This document shows, piece by piece, positions 47,494 to 58,359 of a stretch of 64,000 nucleotides of DNA. Source of the stretch: Gammaproteobacteria bacterium. GTDB lineage: Bacteria > Pseudomonadota > Gammaproteobacteria > Ga0077554 > Ga007554. The notes beneath the pieces were generated by a model. That model did not search any database, was not told the DNA's origin, and worked only from the letters and a program-made list of their open reading frames with translations. A program made the translations under genes and the position numbers. Numbering within the stretch: position 1 is the stretch's first letter; each line of letters starts with the position of its first letter. The stretch is taken from assembly GCA_023266055.1 (NCBI GenBank), contig JAHFRW010000009.1, positions 2,709 to 66,708 of the forward strand, read 5' to 3'.

Positions 47494-47698
47494 GCATTTC
47501 CCCATGTTTTTTAATGATAAGCCGTATAGAAAATATCCTGGCAGGCTCAAGTTTTTGTGGCGGCAACCGACATACAGATGATATGGGCTCTCCTGCCGAC
47601 ACCGGTTAATCCCCCAAAACTACAGACACCAGAACATGATCTGTCAGCAACAATCGCCATGCGGTAACATACGAACGAAATCCAGCGTGTTACATCGT

Positions 47699-48493
47699 AT
47701 GGGCAGTCTGGTAGTGGGTACCTCGCTGCTGCTAACAAGCCATGCCCTGTTGGCAGACACGCCCGAAGCGATCGCTACTGATCGACCGGATTTCGTTGAA
47801 TCCAACGCTACCGTAGGCAAGGGTCACTTCCAGATTGAAACCAGCATTGCCTACGATACCAAAAAATCAGGAGCACTGAAAGAAGACTCTTATACTACAC
47901 CCACGCTATTACGTTACGGTTTTGCCGATGCATGGGAAGCTCGCCTGGAAACGGATGGCGCCATTCACTATAAAACCCGTGAAACAAATACGAACATTTC
48001 GATTCTGGAACGCGGTGCTACGGATCTATCTCTTGGTGTGAAGTGGCATACCCAGGACGAAACAGAAACAGGCATACGCCCCGCCATGGCCTGGCTATTC
48101 CATGTAGATATACCATCAGGATCAGACCGCTTTCACGGGAATGGCCTGCGCCCTTCGATACGCATGACCATGGAATGGGAATTTTCAGAGGTTTATTCCC
48201 TGGGCATCATGCCAGGCATCATCCATGACAAAGAGGTCACAGGCGAGCGATTCACCGCCGGTCTTCTGGGGGCTGTCGTGGGCAGGGCATGGACAGACAA
48301 ATTCCGCACATTCATGGAAGTTGCCGCGTCACAAATAGCAGGGCAGAAATACGGCGGCGCAGTCGTTACCTACGATGTGGGTGGATCCTGTCTGATTACC
48401 AACATGATACAAGCAGACATGGCCATGTCCTGGGGTGCCACCCATGCCGCGCCCGATTTTAGCTGGACCATGGGGTTGTCTGTAAAACTCTGA
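47699..48493 (+). CDS. Outer-membrane beta-barrel protein of the MetA-pathway/transporter family (hypothetical)
   Basis: Signal peptide ...SHALLA/DT followed by an amphipathic beta-strand pattern; about 265 aa. Confidence 0.55.
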   Translation: MGSLVVGTSLLLTSHALLADTPEAIATDRPDFVESNATVGKGHFQIETSIAYDTKKSGALKEDSYTTPTLLRYGFADAWEARLETDGAIHYKTRETNTNISILERGATDLSLGVKWHTQDETETGIRPAMAWLFHVDIPSGSDRFHGNGLRPSIRMTMEWEFSEVYSLGIMPGIIHDKEVTGERFTAGLLGAVVGRAWTDKFRTFMEVAASQIAGQKYGGAVVTYDVGGSCLITNMIQADMAMSWGATHAAPDFSWTMGLSVKL

Positions 48494-48781
48494 CACGGGA
48501 ATACATTGTTCATGTTATTGAAAAAAACCAAAAGACAGTTTCTGAACACTGCCACTGCAACATATGGCGGAAATGGCGGCAACCATGGAACAGAATATGC
48601 ATACTTTCAAGGTTGTCGACAATACGGCAGATTCACTGAAAGAACATGCCCGAACATTGTTTCATCTCATTGATAAATTCAGCGCACATACAGAACAAGA
48701 CGACAAAACACATGGACGTTGATGAAGTATTTCAATGCCATCCAGCGATGTGAAATTGGTATAGATCTCAAGGACCATATC

Positions 48782-49531
48782 ATGAAAACGAAATATCGGC
48801 TTACACTATTAATGTTATTGGTGCCCGCACTCTTTACCGGCACTGCCCTGGCCAGCGACAAAGAGGCCATTATCGCCACCGTCATGTCACTGACGCCACA
48901 AGACGTGGCTATCATTGAACAACACGCCCAATCCGGTGATGCAAAGGCACAAACAGTACTGGGAATGACCTATGCGCTGGGAAAAGCCACGTCCCAAAAC
49001 GATGCCGAAGCAGCCAAATGGTATCGCAAGGCAGCCGAAAAGGGGTTTACCGTGGCGCAGTACGAATTGGGTATTGCATACGATAACGGCAAGGGGTTAA
49101 AGAAAAACTACGTTGAAGCCGTGAAATGGTATCGCAAAGCCGCCGAGCAAGGCTTTATAGAAGCCCAGACCAATTTGGGTTACGCCTATGAAAAAGGCCA
49201 GGGCGTTAAACAGAATTACGCGGAATCCATCAAGTGGTACCAGAAAGCCGCTGAAAAAGGCTCACTTGATGCCCAGTTCAATCTGGGGCTCCTTTATATC
49301 AATGGCAAGGGAATGACGCCTGATATCGCCACGGCCTATATGTGGTTTAGCCTGGTAGCATCGGACGGTGACCCGCAAGCCATGAAAAATGTTGCGCAAC
49401 TCAAGCAACGCATGACACCTGGTCAGCTCGCACAGGCACGCGATAAAATCGCAGAATGGCAACAGAAAAATCCCAAGCCGGTGGCACCTCCACTGCAACC
49501 GGAAGAAGGTGGCCCAACCATTTTTCTGTAG
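48782..49531 (+). CDS. Sel1-repeat (TPR-like) periplasmic protein
   Basis: Signal peptide plus six tandem Sel1 repeats (AKWYRKAAEKGF.VAQYELG...). Confidence 0.85.
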   Translation: MKTKYRLTLLMLLVPALFTGTALASDKEAIIATVMSLTPQDVAIIEQHAQSGDAKAQTVLGMTYALGKATSQNDAEAAKWYRKAAEKGFTVAQYELGIAYDNGKGLKKNYVEAVKWYRKAAEQGFIEAQTNLGYAYEKGQGVKQNYAESIKWYQKAAEKGSLDAQFNLGLLYINGKGMTPDIATAYMWFSLVASDGDPQAMKNVAQLKQRMTPGQLAQARDKIAEWQQKNPKPVAPPLQPEEGGPTIFL

Positions 49532-49553
49532 CCTGTTCCCGATAAGAACCCAT

Positions 49554-50660
49554 TCACAGGACATGCACAACATCCGTATACGGCAGACTCAAACTTTCAG
49601 CCACGGCACGATAGGTTAATTTTCCCTGATGCGTATTCAGACCATTCTGTAACGCCGAGCTGGCACGCACCGCTTCCAGTCCGTGATCAGCCAGATCAAG
49701 CGTGTAGGACAAGGTCTGATTCCCCAGCGCAAAGGTACTGGTGCGCGGCACAGCGCCCGGCATGTTGGCCACACAATAATGCACGATATTATCCACCACA
49801 TAAGTGGGATTATGATGCGTGGTGGGACGACTGGTTTCGACGCAACCCCCCTGATCAACTGCAACATCTACAATCACACTGCCCGATCGCATGCGTGGCA
49901 ACAGGTCACGCGTCACCAGCCACGGCGCACGTCGCCCGGCAATTAACACCGCGCCAATCACCAGGTCGGCATGCAATACCGCCTCTTCAATATTGGCTTC
50001 ATTGCTGGCACGGGTCTGCAAACGCCCCGCAAAAATATCGTCCAGATATTGCAGGCGCTCGTGACGGGTATCCAGAATCACAACCTGTGCACCCATCCCC
50101 AATGCAATCTTGGCGGCATTCAATCCCACAATACCCCCTCCCAGAATCGTGACCTGCCCTGGCGCCACCCCCGGCACCCCGCCCAATAACACACCCCGTC
50201 CTCCACGATGTTTCTCCAGACAGGTCGCGCCCACTTGTGTTGCCATGCGCCCTGCCACTTCGCTCATGGGCGCGAGTAACGGTAATTGCCCTTGCGCACC
50301 GGTCACTGTTTCATAGGCAATCGCGGTAGTGCCGGAAGACAGCAGGCGTTCGGTAAGTGGTTTGTTGGCCGCAAGGTGCAGGTAGGTAAACAGCAATAAA
50401 TCAGAGCGCAGGAAAGCATATTCGGAAGCAATGGGTTCCTTGACTTTTACCACCATTTCAGCAGACCACGCCGACGCCGCATCCGCGACCAGTGTAGCGC
50501 CCACGGCCTGATATTCAGCATCAGTGATGCCACTGCCTGATCCCGCGCTACTTTGCACCAGCACCTGATGACCACGGCGTATCAGTGCCTGCACTGCGCC
50601 AGGAGTCATGCCTACACGATTTTCGTCATCCTTAATTTCCCTTGGTACACCAATTAACAT
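49554..50660 (-). CDS. ald: Alanine dehydrogenase
   Basis: MLIGVPREIKDDENRVGMTP N-terminus and NAD-binding GGGIVG; 368 aa. Confidence 0.9.
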   Translation of the reverse strand: MLIGVPREIKDDENRVGMTPGAVQALIRRGHQVLVQSSAGSGSGITDAEYQAVGATLVADAASAWSAEMVVKVKEPIASEYAFLRSDLLLFTYLHLAANKPLTERLLSSGTTAIAYETVTGAQGQLPLLAPMSEVAGRMATQVGATCLEKHRGGRGVLLGGVPGVAPGQVTILGGGIVGLNAAKIALGMGAQVVILDTRHERLQYLDDIFAGRLQTRASNEANIEEAVLHADLVIGAVLIAGRRAPWLVTRDLLPRMRSGSVIVDVAVDQGGCVETSRPTTHHNPTYVVDNIVHYCVANMPGAVPRTSTFALGNQTLSYTLDLADHGLEAVRASSALQNGLNTHQGKLTYRAVAESLSLPYTDVVHVL

Positions 50661-50682
50661 GGCTCAGTCTCCAGTAGATTTT

Positions 50683-52491
50683 CTAGACAATATGTTCGAC
50701 AACCAATTGCACGCTACGCTGACCTTTGTATTCATTAACATCCAGTTTATACGCCACATGCACGCTGGCGGCTTCCTGAAGCGCAGAACAGGCGGGCACA
50801 TTAAACGCAATGGCATCAAATACCGGCGCATTCATCCCTTCATTCTGAACACTCTTCGGCAAAGGACGCAGCAGCATTTTCAGATGTTTTTCACCGACAA
50901 CACGCTGATTGACGATCTGAAACCGGCCATCAAACACGGGCTCGGCAAACGCCTGCCCCCAGGGGCCGCCGTTGCGTAATGCTTCTGCCAGCTCCATGCT
51001 GAGATCCGTGGTGGTTAACTCACCATCGCTCAACACAATGCCACACAATTCATCATCACCCAATAAACGGCGAACTTCTTCATCGAAGGCGGTACTAAAT
51101 GCCGTGAAATCTTCACGCTTGAGCGTCAAGCCAGCTGCCATCGCGTGCCCACCAAACTTGACCAGCAAACCAGGATAACGGGTGGCGATGGTATCAAGTA
51201 CATCCCGAATATGTACACCACTCACGGAACGTGCCGAACCCTTGATTTCAGTGTCGGATGCGAGAGCAAACGCAATCACGGGGCGATGCCACCGATCCTT
51301 GATACGTGACGCAAGAATACCGATAACTCCCTGATGCCATTCCGCATCAAACAAGCACAGTCCATACGGCAGGGTGGCGGTTGCCTCGAAACAGGTTGAT
51401 TCCAAACGGGCAAGCGCCGCAAGCGCCTGCGCCTGCATATGTCCTTCAATGGTACGACGCTCCCGATTCAGTTGATCAAGCTGCGTCGCCATCTCGCGTG
51501 CCTGCGACAAATCATCGGTGAGCAAACAGCCAATGCCCAACGCCATATCATCCAGCCGCCCGGCGGCATTCAGGCGCGGCCCAACAGTGAACCCCAGATC
51601 ACTGGCCGCGATGCGTTGCTGCGACCTGCCCGCGACTTCCAGCAGGGCACGAATACCTGCACAACACGCGCCACTGCGAATCCGTGCCAAACCCTGCGAC
51701 ACGAGAATGCGATTGACATGATCCAGCGGCACCACATCGGCCACTGTACCCAACGCAACCAGGTCCAGCAATTGTGCCAGATTGGGTACTGGCAAGTGCC
51801 TGCTTTCAAACCAGTTCATCTCGCGCAATTTTGCACGCAATGCCAGCATCACGTAGAAAATGACACCGACACCTGCCAGCGCCTTACTGGGAAACTCATC
51901 ACCGGGTTGATTGGGATTAACGATCGCATCGGCATCGGGCAGTACCGAACCAGGCAAGTGATGATCCGTAATCAATACTTGTATACCGCGTTGTTTGGCG
52001 GCTGCCACACCTTCTACACTGGAAATACCGTTATCTACGGTAATCAGCAGATCCGGTTGATGCTCACTGGCGACTGCCACAATTTCAGGCGTCAAGCCAT
52101 AACCAAACTTGAAGCGATCCGGCACCACAAAACGCACATCGTTGGCGCCCATCATGCGCAAGGCACGCACTGCCAGAGCACAGCTTGTGGCGCCATCCGC
52201 GTCATAATCTGCGACAATGACTATACATTTTTTATGGAGTAACGCGCTATAGAGCACGTCAGCAGCAGCGTCAATACCCAGCAAGGCTGATATGGGCGGC
52301 AAGCATTCCAGAGAGCGTTCCAGCTCGCGCGCCGATGCGACATTACGCGCCGTATAGACACGACGCAATACAGGATGCAAATCTGCCGGCAACGCAGCGG
52401 CTCCCTCATCGGTGGAAGCTCGCACTTCTACGGCGTCTTGCGCGACACTTTTCTTTTCATCACTACGTCTTATAATCCGTTTTGTTGTCAC
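50683..52491 (-). CDS. recJ: Single-stranded-DNA-specific exonuclease RecJ
   Basis: DHH (VADYDADGATS, ITVDNGISS, ITDHH) and DHHA1 (GGHAMAAG) motifs; colinear with E. coli RecJ. Confidence 0.9.
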   Translation of the reverse strand: MTTKRIIRRSDEKKSVAQDAVEVRASTDEGAAALPADLHPVLRRVYTARNVASARELERSLECLPPISALLGIDAAADVLYSALLHKKCIVIVADYDADGATSCALAVRALRMMGANDVRFVVPDRFKFGYGLTPEIVAVASEHQPDLLITVDNGISSVEGVAAAKQRGIQVLITDHHLPGSVLPDADAIVNPNQPGDEFPSKALAGVGVIFYVMLALRAKLREMNWFESRHLPVPNLAQLLDLVALGTVADVVPLDHVNRILVSQGLARIRSGACCAGIRALLEVAGRSQQRIAASDLGFTVGPRLNAAGRLDDMALGIGCLLTDDLSQAREMATQLDQLNRERRTIEGHMQAQALAALARLESTCFEATATLPYGLCLFDAEWHQGVIGILASRIKDRWHRPVIAFALASDTEIKGSARSVSGVHIRDVLDTIATRYPGLLVKFGGHAMAAGLTLKREDFTAFSTAFDEEVRRLLGDDELCGIVLSDGELTTTDLSMELAEALRNGGPWGQAFAEPVFDGRFQIVNQRVVGEKHLKMLLRPLPKSVQNEGMNAPVFDAIAFNVPACSALQEAASVHVAYKLDVNEYKGQRSVQLVVEHIV

Positions 52492-53573
52492 ACATAGGTT
52501 TCCAGAGAATGCCGCCTTTTCCAGAAGCGGCGCAACAATGTCGGAGTAATACGGAACATCCGTCCGTCTGCCGGGCAGATGGACACACTATCGAGTTGAC
52601 GATTTTTTAACGCCTCAAGCAATGGTGCAAACCACTGGTCAGCCCTGCGCATCATGACGGCGCCCCACCCACTTGCATCGCCATACAACGCGTCACGGTA
52701 TCCCTCATCCAATACTATCAGGTGCGAATCAGTGGAAATATGTGCCTGCGATATGCGGGAATTCGCACGTGCCGCAGATTCAGCCGCAGCTAACCAGCTA
52801 CTCATCGAATCCGGCGCACTTGCATGCGGAATACCCGCCAGACGCGCCAGCCCACAGGCCACAGGCTCGTTACTCCATACCATGCTCCAGACGGGCGCGG
52901 GCGCCACCTGTGGCAAACACCCCCCACCCCATAACCATACGCTATTGATGGGTGCTACGCCACGCATTAAACGCGCATGATTCACCGGACTGGAATGAAA
53001 CAGCATTTGAATTTCATTAAGCACCGTATGCCAGCGTTTCCCCTGCGCACCGCTTGGCAGGAAGCCATCAATGTGTCGCCCCAGCACTTCTGTGACATCA
53101 TACGTGCGTATGTGTGGATTTTGCGGTAAACGCAAATACCAGCGCTGTGGATGCAACACCTCCAGGCACACGCCGTCGTCCGCAAAAAAAGTATTGAATT
53201 GCACAGCCATCGCATCGGCTTCTTCGCGCGTGATGGACAACATATGGCTGTCCATCAAAACCAGCCTGGCCTGATCGGCCCGCAGATGTATGGGATCGGC
53301 ACGTATCCACCAGCCATCACCGGGGCCACCCTCTCCATCCACGAGTCGCGTTACCGCTGCAATCGGTAAATCCTGCGTAGCATCACGTGACACGCCCATC
53401 AGATTAAACAACGAGGCGTCAAGACCTTTGGCCGGCACTGCCTCAAGCACGGCGCGCGATAATAATAATTCCAGCGCTGCACAATTCAACATGGAAAAAT
53501 CGGCGGCGCGCAATCCGGGAGGGCCTAACAATCCGGGGACAACAAGGGTGAGATTACGTGATGAGGAGGTCAT
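52488..53573 (-). CDS. Hypothetical protein (conserved-looking, about 360 aa); function unknown
   Basis: Long ORF with a 4-nt overlap with recJ; no motif recognised with confidence. Start set at ATG 53573; a GTG at 53630 is also possible. Confidence 0.5.
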   Translation of the reverse strand: MTSSSRNLTLVVPGLLGPPGLRAADFSMLNCAALELLLSRAVLEAVPAKGLDASLFNLMGVSRDATQDLPIAAVTRLVDGEGGPGDGWWIRADPIHLRADQARLVLMDSHMLSITREEADAMAVQFNTFFADDGVCLEVLHPQRWYLRLPQNPHIRTYDVTEVLGRHIDGFLPSGAQGKRWHTVLNEIQMLFHSSPVNHARLMRGVAPINSVWLWGGGCLPQVAPAPVWSMVWSNEPVACGLARLAGIPHASAPDSMSSWLAAAESAARANSRISQAHISTDSHLIVLDEGYRDALYGDASGWGAVMMRRADQWFAPLLEALKNRQLDSVSICPADGRMFRITPTLLRRFWKRRHSLETYV

Positions 53574-53765
53574 AAGGGATATTATAGGGCATAACGTGTT
53601 AAACCATGGCAATATAAACGTGGCACCCACCCTGGTTTTGGGGTTGAACTGTAGGCATATTGCCTCAGTAATGCTGATATGATTTCTAATCCGGGGTGCT
53701 ATAATCCCATGCCCTCAAGAATAACATATCAGAGCGCTCGTACAACGTACATTACTACCTGATTC

Positions 53766-54344
53766 ATGGCATCAAGCCCTCCCATTACCGCTAACAACCA
53801 AGCGATCTGCATGCCATTGCACCGACCCAGGTTAATGTATTCGGCATTCTCTCCCTGGTCTTCTGGGTGCTCACCCTGATAGTCTCCATCACATACGCAG
53901 CATTCATCCTGCGCGCCGATAATCGATAATAAGGGTGCGGGCGGCTCATGGCACTCATTGCACTGAGGCACCCGCCAGGCCATTCAGCTCGGCTACGCAC
54001 CCCACATGGAAACACTGCACACCTCCGATAAAGCTGCAGGTCAGATTTATATTCCCTTCATCAACTGGAGCTTGCTGGCAGGTATTATTGCACTGGTCAT
54101 CGGCATCTTCACCCTGCAGGCCATCTGGAAACACGAACGTGAAATACTTATGACACGCATCAGCTATGCTCGAAACCTCGTTCTTTCCCAGCCGCGAAAT
54201 GCTCATCGCCATCCACATGCCCGGCATGGCACAATGGCGTGAAAAATTTTTTATCGGCATGGCGCGCAACGCTTCAAGTGCCATGGGGTTTTTAAAACAC
54301 CCACCAACAGGGTAATTGAACTGGGCGCACAGGTAGAATTGTGA
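53766..54344 (+). pseudogene. kup: Potassium transporter Kup remnant: three fragments of a ~620-aa protein compressed into ~580 bp
   Basis: Fragment 1 ...VFGILSLVFWVLTLIVSITYAAFILRADNR* (Kup residues ~50-85). Fragment 2 [30 protein letters not shown] (Kup ~300-420, with a gap). Fragment 3 ...PTNRVIELGAQVEL* (Kup extreme C-terminus). The fragments lie in different frames. Confidence 0.6.
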
Positions 54345-54347
54345 TAT

Positions 54348-54971
54348 TCAGAGAGCGCCACGCTCCTTCATCAAACCTGCCACTGCTTCCGCCAGCTTGC
54401 GATAACCTTGCGCATTAGGATGTACAGTATCTGACTTGAGTGTGCGACTCTTCAGAATCTCACTGAGCGCTGCTGACTCATACGGAATATTAAATTCCTG
54501 CGCAATTTTCTGGTAAAACTCCGGAGGTGACAACAACATCCCCACCTTGGGCACGCCTACCAGCACAACATCCACACCTTGTGCTCTCGCCAGGGTGATC
54601 ATGGCACGAATATTCGCGGCCGCCTGCTTTTCACCCAGGTTACGCAGGAAATCATTCCCACCATGGCACAGAATCAACAACTTTGGCGCATGTTCATTCA
54701 ACGCCCCCGGCAAACGCGCCAGCCCCGCCGATGTCACCTCACCCGGCACACCCGCCTTGATCACGGTACGCGAAATAAGCCCCTGCAATACCACCGGATA
54801 ACTATCTTTTGCCTCGACACCGGTACCATACGTCAGGCTATCGCCAAACGCCAATACCACAGCGTCCTGTGGCAGGCGTGCCAACGTTGGATCATTCGTG
54901 CTGCATGCCGTAAGCCATACCACCAGCAGCGCGGCAATACCATATTTCAATTTAAAAACGATAGGTAGCAC
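54348..54971 (-). CDS. SGNH/GDSL hydrolase (TesA-like arylesterase/lysophospholipase) lipoprotein
   Basis: Lipobox LTAC; GDSLT block (AFGDSLTYGTG); GGND block; about 200 aa. Confidence 0.8.
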   Translation of the reverse strand: MLPIVFKLKYGIAALLVVWLTACSTNDPTLARLPQDAVVLAFGDSLTYGTGVEAKDSYPVVLQGLISRTVIKAGVPGEVTSAGLARLPGALNEHAPKLLILCHGGNDFLRNLGEKQAAANIRAMITLARAQGVDVVLVGVPKVGMLLSPPEFYQKIAQEFNIPYESAALSEILKSRTLKSDTVHPNAQGYRKLAEAVAGLMKERGAL

Positions 54972-55509
54972 TGAGAAAGCTTACATTTTCTTCAATGAGC
55001 GTATATTCAACTTCAAGGCTGCTGCCGGCCGGGTTTGCGCCAAAATTAAACCCACCGCCCAGACCCACAACGGCACGCACGTCCGACGTATTCACCCGCG
55101 AGACATGTGCGCGGGCGATGCGCAGCTTTTCATTAAGCACACCCGCCCTGGCCTTTAAATAAAAGGTGCCCGGACTACGATAAGCGCCGTACATTGCCCA
55201 GGTTTGCACCGCAACCGTGCCATCAGCACCTTGCAGTGAATAATTGCCACGCAAGGCGGTTTCAGTGAACTCACCCTCGATGGCAAGCGAACCGATACGG
55301 GTCACACCCAACAAATAGCCTCCCATCACGCCGATATTGATTGCCGGATCCGGCGATGCCACGGCACCACCGCCAACATTCATATCTTCCTTGAGCAACA
55401 TCATGCCACCCGTGATACCGACATACCATGGACTTTCTTCAGCATGCGCCGATGCAACGAGACCTGCCATCAATACCAGCGTCATAACGCCCTGCTTGAG
55501 TTTCATCAC
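54952..55509 (-). CDS. Small outer-membrane beta-barrel protein (OmpW/OmpA-like barrel family)
   Basis: Signal peptide ...ASAHA/EE; alternating beta-strand pattern; C-terminal ...SATYRF (terminal aromatic residue). Confidence 0.6.
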   Translation of the reverse strand: MMKLKQGVMTLVLMAGLVASAHAEESPWYVGITGGMMLLKEDMNVGGGAVASPDPAINIGVMGGYLLGVTRIGSLAIEGEFTETALRGNYSLQGADGTVAVQTWAMYGAYRSPGTFYLKARAGVLNEKLRIARAHVSRVNTSDVRAVVGLGGGFNFGANPAGSSLEVEYTLIEENVSFLSATYRF

Positions 55510-55556
55510 TCCCCCTACGTTGCTCGAAAAACCTGTCTGAATAGTATCACGATGCC

Positions 55557-57230
55557 TTAATTTTTTTGCCTGGCAATACCCAGCACTTTCCTGTCCAGCA
55601 CCAGATTCAGCGTGAATCGCACACCAAAACCGCTAACATCCGTAGGAATGTGCGCCAACCCCCCCTTGTGATTACCTGCCGCAAGGTCAATATGCAACCA
55701 GGGCACACTTTCCTGCACAAAACGGCTCAGAAAACGCGCGGCGAGAATATGATCGGCTTCACCTGCCAGCACACATTGTTTGACGTCAGCAATCTCACTT
55801 TCAAGTTCCTTGTCGTAATCACTGTCGGTGGGAAACGGCCACACCCGTTCACCGCTATTACGTCCCGCTTCGATAACATCAAACACCAGCGCGTCGCGAT
55901 TGGTAAAGGCACCACTGTAACGCGTACCCAACGCATAGACGCACGTACCCGTTAGCGTGGCATAGTCAACTATCAAATCAGGACGCTCGGCACTGGCCAT
56001 CACCAGCGTATCAGCAAGCACCATGCGACCTTCCGCGTCGGTATGCACAATCTCGATGGTCACGCCATTGCTGGCCGTCACCACATCATTTTGTTTGTAG
56101 GCCTTGGGGCCAATGTGATTTTGCGCCAGCGCCAACCAGCAGTGAACGGAAAAATCCACCTTGAGGCGCGTCAATGCCAGCAACGTCCCCAGCGCCACGG
56201 CACTGCCTTCCATATCTTCGTGCATACCAAACATGCTTTTGGCAGGCTTGAGATTGTTACCTCCGGTATCGTAGCAAATACCCTTGCCCACTAAACTGAG
56301 ACGCCGCTTGGTCACTGCCTTGGCCGCAACGCGCGCTTTGGGCGGGTGATAGCACAACTGCACAATACCGGCGTCGTCATCTGCACTGCCCTGCGCCACG
56401 GCAAGAAACGCGCCTGCCTTTTGCCGCCGCAACGCCTTGCTGTCAAAAAAATGCATGTTCCAGCCATGCTGTTCCGCCAGCTCGGCAATCCGCTGACGAT
56501 ACAGGGCCGGGGTCAACTCGTTGGGCGGCAGGCTGGTGAGATAACGCGCCAGATTATTACCTTCAGCTTCGGCAAAAGTACGTTCCAGGTCTACCCCGAC
56601 AACGCCATACACGTGAAGCGCCGCCAGTCGTTTGGGCTTGGGCGGCTTGCTTTTGAAGCTGGGCATGGCAAATATCCCTGCCATTAATGCGGCCACTATG
56701 GCCTCCATGATACGCGACGTTGTCACCCCCTCGGGAACCTTGTCCAACCCAGGCAGTAACAGCATGATTTCAGAGGGATTATAGCTAAGATGTGCGCTGC
56801 ACAGCTTGCGCGCCAGACTGAGCAAATCAAAGGCCGAAATGTCCGGCTTGACGCATGCCAGCGTCACATGACTGCCACTCGCATTGGGTAAATCGGTGAT
56901 CAGGGGCGTCAGATCATCCTTGTCTTTCTGCTGCTTCCAACGCTGTTTGAGCACGTCGGCATAGGGCCATGCATTGTCGGGCGCGGGCCAGCTGACACCT
57001 GTTGCTGTTTCGAGCAAAATAATGATTATATGCCCCTGAGCATCCATAAGTGCCGCTTTGGGAAGGGTTGAATATTGTTTTACCTTGAATTTCGTCACCT
57101 GATTACCCTCTGAAAAGTATGGTTTACCTTGACCTATTTCTCTAAAAAACAGATCATATTCGCTTTGAGGCATCCGGGAAACCGCCGCAAGGGGGGTTTT
57201 TGGATCGAAAAGGCCATGCAGGATCGGCAC
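55557..57230 (-). CDS. M17 family leucyl aminopeptidase-like protein (long form)
   Basis: NTDAEGR signature present as HTDAEGRMVLADTL; metal-binding Lys/Asp/Glu context; 557 aa. Confidence 0.8.
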   Translation of the reverse strand: MPILHGLFDPKTPLAAVSRMPQSEYDLFFREIGQGKPYFSEGNQVTKFKVKQYSTLPKAALMDAQGHIIIILLETATGVSWPAPDNAWPYADVLKQRWKQQKDKDDLTPLITDLPNASGSHVTLACVKPDISAFDLLSLARKLCSAHLSYNPSEIMLLLPGLDKVPEGVTTSRIMEAIVAALMAGIFAMPSFKSKPPKPKRLAALHVYGVVGVDLERTFAEAEGNNLARYLTSLPPNELTPALYRQRIAELAEQHGWNMHFFDSKALRRQKAGAFLAVAQGSADDDAGIVQLCYHPPKARVAAKAVTKRRLSLVGKGICYDTGGNNLKPAKSMFGMHEDMEGSAVALGTLLALTRLKVDFSVHCWLALAQNHIGPKAYKQNDVVTASNGVTIEIVHTDAEGRMVLADTLVMASAERPDLIVDYATLTGTCVYALGTRYSGAFTNRDALVFDVIEAGRNSGERVWPFPTDSDYDKELESEIADVKQCVLAGEADHILAARFLSRFVQESVPWLHIDLAAGNHKGGLAHIPTDVSGFGVRFTLNLVLDRKVLGIARQKN

Positions 57231-57354
57231 TTTTCTTTAAAAACAGCGCATCATATGCACCTGGTTTTTTAATGATTTAACCAAAAATATTATGCTGCAA
57301 GACCGCGAAGCCTTGTTTATTCACTTTATTCAGGTACCACACATGAGGAGTCCC

Positions 57355-58359
57355 ATGAAGCCCGCCGACAAAAAACGGGTGTTGCGCGAAATGCTGTTTG
57401 CGCGGCGCTTTGAAGAGCGCTGCTATGAAGCTTACGTAGAGCGCAAGATCGGTGGATTTCTCCACCTTTACCCAGGCCAGGAGGCCTGTGCACAAGGCGT
57501 CATGGAAGCCGCACGCCCAGGACACGACTATGTTATCACGGGTTACCGTGATCATATCCACGCAATCAAGTGTGGCGCTGATCCCAAGGCCGTCATGGCC
57601 GAACTGTATGGCAAGGAAACCGGCTCCAGCAAGGGGCGTGGCGGTTCGATGCACATCTTTGATGTGGAACACCACATGATGGGTGGTTACGCTCTAGTGG
57701 GTGGCCCGTTCCCGCTCGCCGCCGGCATCGCCAAAGGCTTGAAGATGAAAGGCTCGGATGCGATTTCGATCTGCTTCCTCGGTGACGCCGCCAACAATCA
57801 GGGCACCTTCCATGAAACCATGAACATGGCCAAATTGTGGAATCTGCCAGTACTGTTCGTCTGCGAAAACAATCTGTACGGTATTGGTACACGCATTGAC
57901 CGCTCAACGGCAGTCATCGAGCAATACAAACGCGTCAGTGGTTACGGTATTCCTGCAGCGCAGGTTGATGGTCAGGACGTAGAAATTGTCTATGATGCCG
58001 CCAAAATTGCCGTGGATCATGTACGCTCCGGCAAAGGCCCCTACTTTCTGGAGCTGATGACCTACCGTTATCGCGGCCATTCGATGTCTGACTCCAATGC
58101 CTATCGTGCCAAGGATGAAGAGCGCATGTGGAGCAAGCGCGACCCGATTATTCTGTTACGCGACCGCCTGATTAAAGCCGGTACAATTACGCTGGACGAT
58201 TACAAAACCATGGACACCGAAATCCTCGACCAGATCGAAAACCAGATTATTAAATTTGCTGAAGACTCACCCGAGCCTGTGGTCACAGAACTGGAAAAAT
58301 ATGTACTCGCCGAAAATGACCCTTATGTGCATCCTCATAGCAGCAGAGGTACACACTAA
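57355..58359 (+). CDS. pdhA: Pyruvate/2-oxoacid dehydrogenase E1 component alpha subunit (TPP-dependent)
   Basis: YRYRGHSMSD phosphorylation-loop motif and TPP-binding GDAANNQG..N; start at ATG 57355, 5 nt after AGGAG. Confidence 0.85.
   Translation: MKPADKKRVLREMLFARRFEERCYEAYVERKIGGFLHLYPGQEACAQGVMEAARPGHDYVITGYRDHIHAIKCGADPKAVMAELYGKETGSSKGRGGSMHIFDVEHHMMGGYALVGGPFPLAAGIAKGLKMKGSDAISICFLGDAANNQGTFHETMNMAKLWNLPVLFVCENNLYGIGTRIDRSTAVIEQYKRVSGYGIPAAQVDGQDVEIVYDAAKIAVDHVRSGKGPYFLELMTYRYRGHSMSDSNAYRAKDEERMWSKRDPIILLRDRLIKAGTITLDDYKTMDTEILDQIENQIIKFAEDSPEPVVTELEKYVLAENDPYVHPHSSRGTH

Noticed and set aside
52488-53630. Assigning the 380-aa ORF next to recJ as a phosphoglycerate-mutase-like metalloenzyme
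   Set aside because: Only a vague recollection of similar annotations; no metal-binding motif could be verified, so it is left as hypothetical.
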